A stretch of DNA of 64,000 nucleotides from the NCBI GenBank assembly GCA_002633005.1, contig NMRA01000005.1:421006-485005 (forward strand), given 5' to 3'. Below are positions 46,501 through 58,500 of the stretch, one piece after another. Below the pieces are notes generated by a model, which was not told where the DNA came from, ran no database searches, and worked only from the letters and a program-made list of their open reading frames with translations. Within the stretch, counting starts at the first letter, position 1. The number at the start of each line of letters is the position of its first letter. This DNA comes from Phoronis australis. Its lineage: Eukaryota; Animalia; Phoronida. Made by a program: the position numbers and the translations under genes.

Positions 46501-49500
46501 GATGTTTTTCCAGCAACCAAAATTAACATGGTTTAGCCTTAATTGTTATGTAAAAATCAGAGTCACAACGACCGACTTCAAATGGCATGCGAAAGACTTT
46601 GTCTTCTCGAATTATGATTACGTTCCCTCTTTATTTGTTCTGGGATCTCTGAATATACATGTAATAAACAGGATTTACAGGCAGTGCAACCCAGTCTGGA
46701 TTATCAGATGGTTTTGCGGTCTCGTTAAGTGCAGAAAATCTAGGCACGCGCAAGGCACTCGCCAGCGAAGTTACTAAGATCACGTTCTTCGCTGGTAACA
46801 TATGGCGACATCTCGCGAAGAGTCGCGTGCTCTTGCGTTTTCGAGAGTTTCTGCATTGAAATGGAGCCGTGATCTGTGCTCCTTAAAGCGTCATATCTAA
46901 ACTTTTACTTGACACGTTTTCTTGACACAACAAATCCAGATATTCTTACTGCATCAAAAGACTGTCTTTAATTTTGCATTACCGGACTTAGAGATGTGAA
47001 CTTACTTGTTCGCGTCGACGAGTCGTTTAGACTATAAGAAGTGACGTCTTTCCAGCCGCTTTGCTTGGCGGTTACGGTCACAGCATAAGCGACCCCTGGG
47101 GTTAGTTGAGTGCACACGGCAGAATTGGTGCTATCGTTAACTGTCACCTTATCATTGACTGTATTGCCGACCCCACTGAAGCATTCCACCACGTAATGAT
47201 CCTTGGTACTTGGAGAATGGCGCCACACCACGGATAAAGACGACATTGTTCGAACAGTAACTTGAAGCCACGGTACTGGTGCCAGAACTAAAACACACGG
47301 TAAAGCCTTAGGAACCCTCGTACCAGCGGAAACAATAGAAATTCACCATACATGTGAAAACTTTTACAATATAGGATAAACTTTGATAACCTACATATAG
47401 GCCAGATAGGCCTACCACAGGATTTGATGGTTTAGATGCTGTAGTCTAAATCTGCCTGCCTTCTGTAAAGCAACTTTTGATTTATACTTCTTAGGCTACA
47501 TTCGCATGACAGGTTCCACCTTAATCTTCCTGTTGTGGAAAAGCACCGGTTCTTCTCTGCTCAATAATTGAAACCAATCAATGATAAGTTGGCAGTTTAG
47601 TCTTGAAAACAAGCACCGACTAATAACCACATGGCTTGCATGTATTGTCAGCTCCCTCAAGACCAGAAATCACTCTTCATCTGGGTGTGAACAAGGCGAG
47701 ACCAGATTTTATAACAGTATGTGGTCTAAATCAAAGATTTTTGACAGATGGCGTGTAGTACATACGTACACGTTCTTGTAGACGTGTCACGCACAACTTC
47801 GGAGAGCACGTCAGGCCATGTATTCAGTTTCGTGGCGACTTGAACAGAATAGGACGTCCCAGGGCTTAGACCAGTACATGTTGCTAAATCTTCATGCGCC
47901 GGAACATCTGCTTGATATTTGACCTTTCGTTGGGAACTTGGTGTGCATGTGAGATGATACGCATCCTTGTTTCCGTCAAAGTGGATCCACGAAACGGCGA
48001 GAGATGTCGCTGTTCGGTGCACCACCCTAAGCCCGGTCACCGCTGATATCTCTTCACAAAAAACAGCGGCGAATCAGTGAACAGTTACTATATTTAAATT
48101 CACTTGTAATCAGTATCGGACCATCCATTAAGCTAAATAAACTCAACCTAGAGCTTCTGGCGCCATCTTGTAGCCGTACAAGGCTTCCTATAGTGCTACC
48201 AAGCCTGCTGTGCAAATATTCAAATACACCACGCTTAGTAAAGCCAAAGGTCAAGATTCGCCAAAAAGGTAATATGCGTACACTTAGCAAACTCGAGTTT
48301 GCGTATTTTGCCGACTGGTCTGGCATACGGCTAGTTGAATAGTTTTAAATGAAATGGTCCAGTAGTTATCTTAAAATAGGCGAACCAATATTTTTTACTT
48401 TATTATTTTGGACATTGTTGAGCCCCATTACACATAACTGGACAATGACGAGATAATCTGGACCCAACCCGAAATGTTCGTATGTTATACATCGAAAGGA
48501 CGCTTTGATCCGCGTATAATGTCATCCACAAAGTAGCCTGCCCTTCCATTCCTCAGAAAATCTGATTTTAAAATTACTCTTTCCGCTTCATTTTAGTTAT
48601 AAATTGACTTTTAATGCTCATTCAACACAACTTAAAACATTTTCAAACTTAGCTGAATTTATGAATTTTTAGTTTAATTTTTATTCTTAGCGGTCACAAC
48701 AACCTAAAATGGCCGTCGTGGTGAATGACATCAGATTCATGCATTTTGGGTAATCACTCAAATGCCGCCATGTGTAGTGTTTCCATGGCAAGCTGACCCA
48801 CTTAAACAAAAAAAACAAACACATTGACGGTAGAAGAAAGCAAACACAAATACAAACACGAACACAAAGACAAACACGAACACAAAGACAAACAGGGCTA
48901 ACAGTTGTTTATTATAGTGATTTCCTTCGACTGACAAAACTCCTCCAATGTTCTAAATTGGTGAATGTAAAAATGTTGGTTTAACGTTGTTTATGGCGTT
49001 ACATTAACCCTGTGCAGTTACGTGCACACCAGTTTGATGAGTTAAAGACCAGACGACATTCGTCGATACATTTATTTCAAGACGGAGTTGGGTTATGTTT
49101 GATGACACTGGAAAGTAACATTGCTCTATTAGACTTGATTTGCTAAGCAGAAATTGACGTCTGTTTCGACAATGAACTCTTCCACTGCTATAACGAACCC
49201 AATACGATCCGTGGTTCGTCGGCTTTCCGTAAAACGCGACCACTGGCGTTGTAGAATTTAGTCGTTTGGAGTCTAAAAAGGCACAGATAGTGATTTCGCA
49301 CGTTCGTCATGCATTTCTTTACCTTGTTTCCTGGGTAGCGCAATACTCTGAGAACCTTCTTTCGGATCACGTGCTTTTTGCTTGAGCAGATCTGGGGTGA
49401 TCGGCATGTATGTGCGAGTGCGTCTTACCATGAGCCTTTGAACGGATGATCCCTGCACAGTGACTCTTCCAGTGTTTCGGATGTTCATCAAGTCGGCGGG

Positions 49501-52500
49501 TGAGATATATGTCTGAAGGATTTTTCTAGTAGGTACAGCTCGTTCAGCTAGTCCGTTGCTTCTATGGAAATGCTTTGAGCTGATCCCGTGATAAATGTTC
49601 CATTCTGTAGTGAAGATCCCGAGAACTTACGACAGATACTGACTACCACTGTCTGTATATCTCAGGTACACCAAACCTTGCGAAGTGTTGGTTCAGATGA
49701 CATTATTAGAAGAGATCTCGTTTAGATTGTCGATATCACGCCAAGAGTCAATGGTCACCATGAAGTTTTTACTGAGCCATTCGAATATGCCTGTGGCAAA
49801 TATCGACCAAGGAGCCTTTGCAATTTGGTACAGCTCGACATTCCTTTTGCTGGTGTTAAGCTGTACTGCTGCACTTCTCACATGCGGCAACACCTTCTGT
49901 GATCTGTTGGGCTATCTTTGGCTCTGCGAATGGTCGTTTCAGTTCCAGAATGTCCAGAATGTACCATGGTAATGTATTCTGGTCGGTATTACGTACATAG
50001 AGTGTATAGACACGATTTCCTTTCAGAATGGTTCCATCAAGCACATCTAGGTCATCTCTTGTGGCAGGCAATTCTTGGAGTTCTTTGTTAAGGTGTTTCT
50101 GTGTTGGCCATGTCTCAAAAATGAACTTCTTCTTTTGCTGAAATTTGTGGTTAGTTGGAGTGCGTTCCAGCAGTATCTATTGCTGCGCAGAAGACTTGAC
50201 AGCGAGCTAGACTTTCAAATTCCTCTTCTTCTTCTTCTGTTTGGTTGTTGTTTGCTGTTGAGGATTGAAAAGCACTAGACAAAGTGTCAGCTACATGAAC
50301 TTCAAGACGCTTCTCTAGATGAGGTTAAAGTCAAAGGTTTGAGCTTTCATGAAGAGACGTTGCAAGCGTTGAGATGCGGAAGCAATCGATTTTCGTATTA
50401 TCGTGACTAATGGCTGACGATCTGTTTCGACACTGATGCGTTTCCCATACATATAATGTTTGAACTTCTCACACGCAAAACTACGGCTAGTAACTCCTTT
50501 TCAATTTGTGCGTCCCAGGTCTCAGCACCGGTAATTGAACGAGACGGAAATAATACTGGTTTACCTTCTAGTAGAAATGCTGACCCGATGCCGCATTGTG
50601 AAGCATCACAAGTCGCAAACAATTAAACATCCTTATAAGTCAGTGTTACTTTACTTCTTTGCCTTTGTCGAAGTACGGCTCACACTTAGCCCCTTTGGTC
50701 TTCTCGGAGTTAACCAAGCATTGTTTTTCTTCAAAAGCTCATTTCACGGGGCACCTACTTCACTGAGGTTAGGTATGAACTTGGTTGGTGAGGTATTTCA
50801 CCGTACCCTTAAACTGAAGTACGCCGACCTTGTCTTGAGGTTGTGGCATGTTCTGGATTGCCTGGACTTTGGTAGGATCGGGTTTGGTGCCTTTCTCTGT
50901 GATTTCATGACGTATGTACTTGACAGAGGCTAGTCTGAAGTGACATTTGTCTCTACCAAGTTTGATTCCGAGGTCATTTAATCTTTATAAGACTTCTCTG
51001 ACGTTAGCATCGTGTTCTAAAAACGCTCTCTCATGGACTAGCATATCATTCATGATTGGTTTGGATGGATAACCAACTAGTAGCTGTTTGATTGTTTGTT
51101 GCTGTATAAGCCCTTGATGCTGATAGTATACCCATGGGCATGCGTAAGTACATGTATCTTCCACACGACGTTCCAAATGTGGTGACTTTTGCTGATTCTT
51201 CATCCAAGCCAATACTGTAGAAGGCATCGCGTGCATCAAACACAGAGAACAATTTGACCTCGGCCATGTCACCTATGCACTCATCGATTGTTCGCAGTGG
51301 ATACTGAGGACATTTGATATCTTTATTGATGTCACCTGTTTCTCTGCAGAATCTGGGTCTACCTGACGGTTTCTTAAGAACAACAACAATGGATAATACC
51401 TAGTCAGTTGGTTCTTTTAAGGGTACGATGGTACCTTTGTCGCACATCTCATCACGTGTCACTTTCAGTTGTTCATTAAGTGCTGGTACAATTCTCCTTA
51501 CGGGTCTCACCATTGGTTCTACCTTTTGATCTGTCATGATTGTGTAGGATGTCGGAGTATTTCCTTTCTAACCTGTCCAGTTGATGTTTGTTGTGTCGTG
51601 CTGAATGTGTAGATTGTTGTCTTGTGTGCATTGGAGGAAACCAGCTGCATCCTGAGGCAATCGTACATCCCAAAGAGTGCGCTGTTGTGATGTGTTCAAT
51701 TGTTTGAACGTGACGGGTTCCGTGATGCCTCAGGGTGAAGCCATTACACAGTCGTTGTGCCCAGGGAGGTCGTAGAAGCCCTTTAGAAATGCTTTGCCCG
51801 ATCGCTTGATCTTCGCATCAGGTCTGGATCTCATTGTCGTAAATAACAAGACATCACATTTCGCACCGGTGTCTATCTTGACGTTAACGATATAACCATT
51901 GTGGGAGGGGACTGTTTGAATCCCCCCAGGTGCAGTTGAGTGTTGCTCAAGGCTGCTGTGCTGATACAATGCTGCTCTTCGAGTTCTACGCTGTCTATGA
52001 AAAAAATCTAATTCGCAAGTTTCGTCAGTGTAGTGCAACAATACTTGGGCCTTTTTCGGTCGGGATTTGGGCCACCCATGCCTTTATGCAGAGGTTTTCT
52101 TTGTTGGTAGGTAATGAGTGATGCATACGATAGATGGGCTTCACTACCACTGCGGCAAACTTGCGAAAAGTGGTTCCACTTGCCACAACAGTAGAACTGT
52201 ATTTTTTGTTTCTAGAGTGATCACCACCGCAGTTTATGCACTTGATTGTCTTTGGTCTTTGTTGATGTTTAGTATCATATTTACTATGTTTGCTGCTTTA
52301 TAGCTTTGGCGTGTTTTGCAGAGACTCTTATCCTTAGCATATGCCAATATCCGCTTCGTGGGTGATCTCGGGTTCCCAGAGCAGCTGCTTTATGATTGGC
52401 CACCAGGATAAATATCCTGTCTCAGATCATTTGGTCATTCAAGTCACAAAATTCGCAATTGCCAGCATGGCTACCCGGGTCTGCCAGGAGTTTGTGTCTT

Positions 52501-55500
52501 ACAGCTATTGCGTGCAACTGTTGCAATGTGAGCGTTTCAATGACATTCTTTCGTGGATTGCAGTTGCCTGAATTTAGCTTTGAGAACCTATGGGTTTTCA
52601 CGTGATTTACCAGTTTCACATTGAAATGTTCTCTCGCGTTCTATAGTTTCTGAGCAAGCTAAGTTAAGCAAAATGCAAGCTTATGTTTTTGCACCTTTGT
52701 TGCTGTGTGTGGCATTGGTGAAAATGTAATAATCTCGCTCAAAAACACGCCAACGTTCTGTGACATTGTCGTCAATTGCAAGTGGGTTAGGTTTCTTGAG
52801 TACCTCAGCCATTACAGTAGTCCGGTGTATTAGTAATGAGGTTAAACCGAGTGAACGTGCAAACATGGTCAAATGGAATTAAACCAAAAGTTATCGGCTA
52901 CAAATTGTCACATCTATCCCACTCCTGGCTTCATGTTAGTTTAGGGTTGTTGATGGCGTTACAACAGACGTGTGCAGGTACGTGCACACCAGTGTGATGA
53001 GTTATCAGACAACGTTCGTAGATACAAGATGGCGTATCCGGCCGCTCGCACAGTGCAATCATTGTAGGCTATACTCACAAAACCGAATAAAAAGATTGCA
53101 AGCAGTCTGATATCTGAATTGCATCGGTCATGCACAGGTCACAAAGATCGGGACCATTGTGCAAAATATCTGATGAGAACCCTCGTATGTATATTAAGTC
53201 ATTTGGCTCTTTCTGAGTGAGGTTGCAAAAATTCGTAGCCATGTAGGCCACATCCATCTGTTATTGGTGATGGGCATTTGATCCAGGTTACTGTCCATTA
53301 CTACCACTGCTGCCGCTTACCATTTCACTTGACCTATCCCGAAGCATTATTCCAAGTTTAAATCTGGTCATATTCCTTTAACTTTTGTGGTCCAGTGATT
53401 CCCAGAAAAGTGTCCACAACAGACATTGCTTCCACACACCGTGTATAGAATCCCTGAAGTGAAGGAAAGGCGACAGGGACAGACGTCCAGACAAATGCAC
53501 ATAGCCGGGAGGACAACATTCCTCTGTCCTTAATGCTTGATATTTGGTCCATGTTATTCTCCACAGATAGCGTCTACATCCACCACTGCTTCCTGGCTGG
53601 TCATCGTCTACCTAGAAGGTCGATTATTCCTCAGAGCAAGTCTGGTCATGTCACTTTTACTGCTGTCCCAATACGGCAGGGCCGAGAACGACTATTTATC
53701 ATATCTAATTCTCTTTTCAAGAAACAGACTCGCAGTACGTCATAGCAAAGTTTTTAGATGGAATGAAAACGGCGTTAACACAGCGATGATCAATTCACAC
53801 AGCAATTGTAGATTTGGAAATATTTATTGCTTGCGAGTTTAAATCTTTTTTGTCTCATGGACAATTAGAAGTACATCGCCTGCTCGTTGGTTACCAATCC
53901 TCCCTCTAGCCCAATGACGCGCTTAGGTTCGGCTCTACGTGAGTTGAACGCAGTCGATGAAAACACGCTGTCTTTGCTTGCGTCAAGTACTGGCCCATCC
54001 AAAATACCTTGGTTATTTTCGTAGCCTCAAATTATCCCTCCGAGTGTTTAATATCTTCACGCGTGCAAACTTTAAGCAGAACAGCACGTGATGCGGTCAG
54101 TACAGACGCAGAGACGGTTTTAACACGTTCGCAGTCGTTCTTAATCTGTGGTCTTCAAAAAATCATGTTTAACCTGCTATCGGTAAGTGTATTTTGGCAC
54201 TTTTAACACTATTCTCCAATTTAAGAGTCACATGAATTGAGATTCGCACATGCACAGGCATGAAACACGCTCACGCTTCAAAACTACCCAGGCGAGGTGT
54301 TCAATGTAGTACGGACCCTTCCTGTTTTTGCCAAACAGTCCCGGATCCCACTTGTTTACTTCCGGCAGTAATTTGAGCGCGTGGTCGGAAAACTTACTAG
54401 TTTTAACCTTTGCTACTTCTGAATGAACATCCAGCCAACCCGTCCTTTTGTGAGCGATGACAACGCGGTACAGTGTTCCAGGCGTGAGTTGTGTGCACGT
54501 GCCTTTAGTGACTGCCGGGCTCAACTCGGATGATGAGACAGCCAAACCTTTATTGATGCACTTTACGATTTGTTTCTCTACCCCGCCCTTTGCTGGCAAC
54601 CAACTCAGTCGTATCGACGTTGTCAAAGGAGCTGTCCTCAAGCCGGTAGGAATGCTTAGTTCTGTAAGAGTAAAGGAAACGTAAATGAATTATCAAAAGA
54701 CAGTGGCAGTCGTCTTATACATCAATGTACTTACTGAAGAGATCTCCCACATTTTAAAGAGTACAATAAATAAATAAATTAAGTAAATTCAAATATGTAA
54801 CTATTATCACGAAGTTTTTTGAAACCATATCTGCATCCTTATTGTCAAGTCTGTGATTTTAGCCAAATATCAAGAAAACTGTAGATTTTGATTCAGTGAA
54901 CGTACACATTTTATCACATGACCAAGAATTAATCATCATCAAAAGGATACTGCATAACCATTATCAGGCCCTCATTCAATCTTTACAAAGGTGACGGTGG
55001 TTGACTCCGACCTTGATGCGACTCTGAACGTCCACGTGTAAATATATGGGCTACGTACGTAAGTTTTGTATATAAGCTGTAGTTAAGTATCAATGTGATT
55101 CACGCGTGACACGTGCTGTGAGTCAGGAGTTCTGGTTGAGGATTGAAATAAAGCAGTCGTGTCCAGGACTTCTAAGGTGATCGTATCAACCGGAAATTAA
55201 GGATCAACGAAATTCACCGTCACACAGATATGTGCACCCAACTGTACTATCACACGGATGATTTCCGAAATGTCGGGACAAATACTGCTGTATGTAAAAC
55301 CACTCTTGTCTAAGGTCAGTCATCGCTGTTTCACCAACAGCTGTGACACTACCTGCTCCTTTAAATAAGTTCCTGTCATGACATTATGACCTCCGCTAAT
55401 TTCATAAATGATCAGATGTCGCTCTCGTTCTACAATTTTAGCACAGTTCCATCCTGATTGTTGATGCTATCTTGTACATGCATTCTCGGGTTTTTTGTTT

Positions 55501-58500
55501 TGGTATTGCTGTCGACAGAGTGCTTGTTCTAGTGGCATTTCGTCACCTGCATACATTTGATAGACTTTGTCAACCTCTCAAGTTGTAATCCAAAGCGGCT
55601 CTTGCCGTGTGAGTTAGGAAGAGTTTTCTCGTTGCCCGATCGTTCATCATTATGAATTACGTGCTCCGTCGTGTTGTGACCCTGGGTATACTATACCGGA
55701 GTCCTAGATGTGAGGTTGCATTTAAAGTGACATTATCGTCAAAAAAGAGATTTCCTGATAACAATCCCAACGTTGAATCAAACTTACAACCTAAGACATC
55801 GCATTCCAATGCTTTGCTGGCGGAGACAAATCCCACTCGAAAATGACAAAGAATTTTAAGCGTATTCATAACTAGTTAAGTTTCTAGCCTTGATTTCAAC
55901 GACTGGCTACGGTTTTAAAAGTCATTAGGAAATCACAATGGCGAGAATTGGCGATTATGAAATAAAATCACAAAACGCAACAATCTTGTTGTTTTGTAGC
56001 TCTAGACAAAGCTAAGAACTTCAACAATAATCCCCCAAAACAGGTTTTGCGGCCGTAATACTGATCGTGCCAATAAACAGATAAGGCCTGTAATGTCCTC
56101 GACTGAAGCGGGATAACGCAGTGGCGGATTTAGATGGGGGGCAAGGGGCCATGGCCTTTGGCAGTTAGGGGGTGCGAATGTCTGAAGGGCAAAATCCTGG
56201 CTAGTACTCTTCCCTGGCCCCCCTAACTTCAAATCCTGGATCCGCCTCTGTAACGTGTACTTAGAACTGCTATTGAGAGAGTCAAATTAACCGCACAGCA
56301 TTGAAATTAATTGCTTAGCTCAACAGGTTTATCATCCAGTGCTGTTCTTTATTTTCAAAACTAACTATTTTGGTGTGAAGCTACATTATCTCTAACAGTA
56401 GGACCAGTTTTAAAGACCTTTGCGTTGGCAAATAAATACATTGGAGATGCATCATTTGCATATCTGTATCACCACGACTTCACATCCTCAAGAGTTCCTG
56501 CCAGTATTCCCATGGTGGGCTTCATGATGGACATAAAAGCTAGGCTGTTAAAGAGAAATCTGGTTGTTCATAGATAACTGTCAATACTCAGGCCAGTAAA
56601 CATTTACTGACTTGGTAATGGAAGGTACTATGAGCATTGTAATGTTGGGTAACACTGGCGTTGTCTTACCAGTTTTTGTCTTCTCGCTTTGCAAACGTGG
56701 ACCAGTTACATCAGGCCAGCCGGTTAGCTTCGTCGTAACACTCACAGTGTACAGTGACCCTGGTGTTAAGTGTTCACAGGTGGACATATTAACAGATGGT
56801 TTGACCTCTCGACGGAATGCAGCAGCACCAGGATCGGTCGATGAGCAGTGCACACTGTAATTATGATGGTTCCCAGCAGCATGGCGCCACGTTATACGTA
56901 ACGAAGAGTTATCCCTGCCCTTTATACTGATGTTGCTCACCTCTGCTAAGTCTGTAAAAACGCTTGATTTAAAGTAGAGATGTAAGGCCAACTGGCCTCT
57001 CGGTGTCTCAGCTGTAGTCATTGTCATATTGCGATAAATTATCGTCCACTTTCGTGCTTCGGGGCCATTGCATTGTCCATTCACCATGTTTTAAAACTTT
57101 TTAAAAGCTCTTTTAAAGGAAAAAAAGGACATTGGCATGGCAAAATAATGAAGGTTAAACGCTGTCCAGAGTTATGGCGGACTGTACATAGTTGTAATCA
57201 TTGAACAGAAATATGTTCATTTCTTCATGAAAAACGAAATAGGTCAAGGTCAGACTTGCCTGTTCTTGAAGTGAGAGGAGAATCAGCAAAAATCGGTAGC
57301 CAACCATCCCTATTAGTGAACACACGTATCGAGTACAGCGATCCTGGTGTCAGACCATTGCACGTACTGGTAGCAAAGTCTGAACCAACATAGACAGTGT
57401 CTCCCAACACGTTCTTGCGCCCGATACACTTCAATGTGTAACCTTGTTTGTTCCCCGGTGCATGCTTCCACGCTACAGTAATCGACGTGCTCGTTTGATT
57501 GGTCACACTGATTGACGTCACTCGTTCTAGCTCTGTTCCGGTGAAGATATTCGAAACCCATTACAGTCGGATTTTTTTAATTTCCGTAATCAATATTTTA
57601 CGTGTCGACTATTGTTCACTAAAAATTGACCCACAATGCTATACTCTTAGATGTGACATGCGTGTTGAAGAAAAAGTCAGTAAAGACACATAGCAAAGAA
57701 CTTTCTGTTGTCATGGTGCAGCAAATCGTAACCTAACAAAACATGTTCGTCTGTTTATGACTCAATCTTATTTCAGCTACACCTACTTGTCAGGTTCTGT
57801 GGGCAATCTAGATACGGGAAACATTCCATCTTGATTTCTGGGGGAGAACCAACTACATATATGCTACTAATCATCGAAGCAAACATGGAAACGAAAACCG
57901 AGGTGGGCATCTGAAGGGAAGGACAGAAAGTAACGACGGTAAAATTGTCAACCGTCATGTGTGTTGGATAACTCGCGAGAAGAAATAGCAGTGACAACGT
58001 GGGAAGCAAGACATGCACGGGTTCACAATATAGGGGAAGAACTAAAATGTACAAACAAGGGTGGTGTTGGATGGAGAGTATGTAAGGGAAGAAATAGAGG
58101 GAACAGCGTCTGGTATTGGGCGAGGAAGAACGGAAAGTATAGGAAGAATAGAAGGAGCAACAGGGATACTGAACGGGAAGAAATAAATGGAACACCGTCG
58201 GGCATAGGACGAGGATGAATGGAAAGTATACGGAGATTGAACGAATAAGGTTAACTGAGGGTGTAGGAGGATGAAGCGTGTACAAGAAGAAATAGCGTCT
58301 AACCCGAAACGGCGAGTATGGGCGAAGAAATACATGAAGAAGGAACAATGTCTGATACAGGACAAAGGTTGGCAGAGGGTTTTCGTGATGAAACAGGTGG
58401 AAAGACTTCTAAACGAGGTGGACGAAGAGTATAGGGAAAAAAGAAAGGACGCCTGACATTGGACTGACGTGGGTGTAAAGAATACGGGAATGAACATAAG

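Noticed and set aside
53075-53640. Cys-rich fragments as a RING/RAG1-like gene
   Set aside because: Interrupted by stops and the Cys/His spacing does not fit; at most an unidentified TE remnant
57773-58497. Long hydrophobic minus-strand ORFs (191 and 151 aa) as membrane proteins
   Set aside because: A by-product of the pyrimidine-rich strand, which has few stop codons; no domain features
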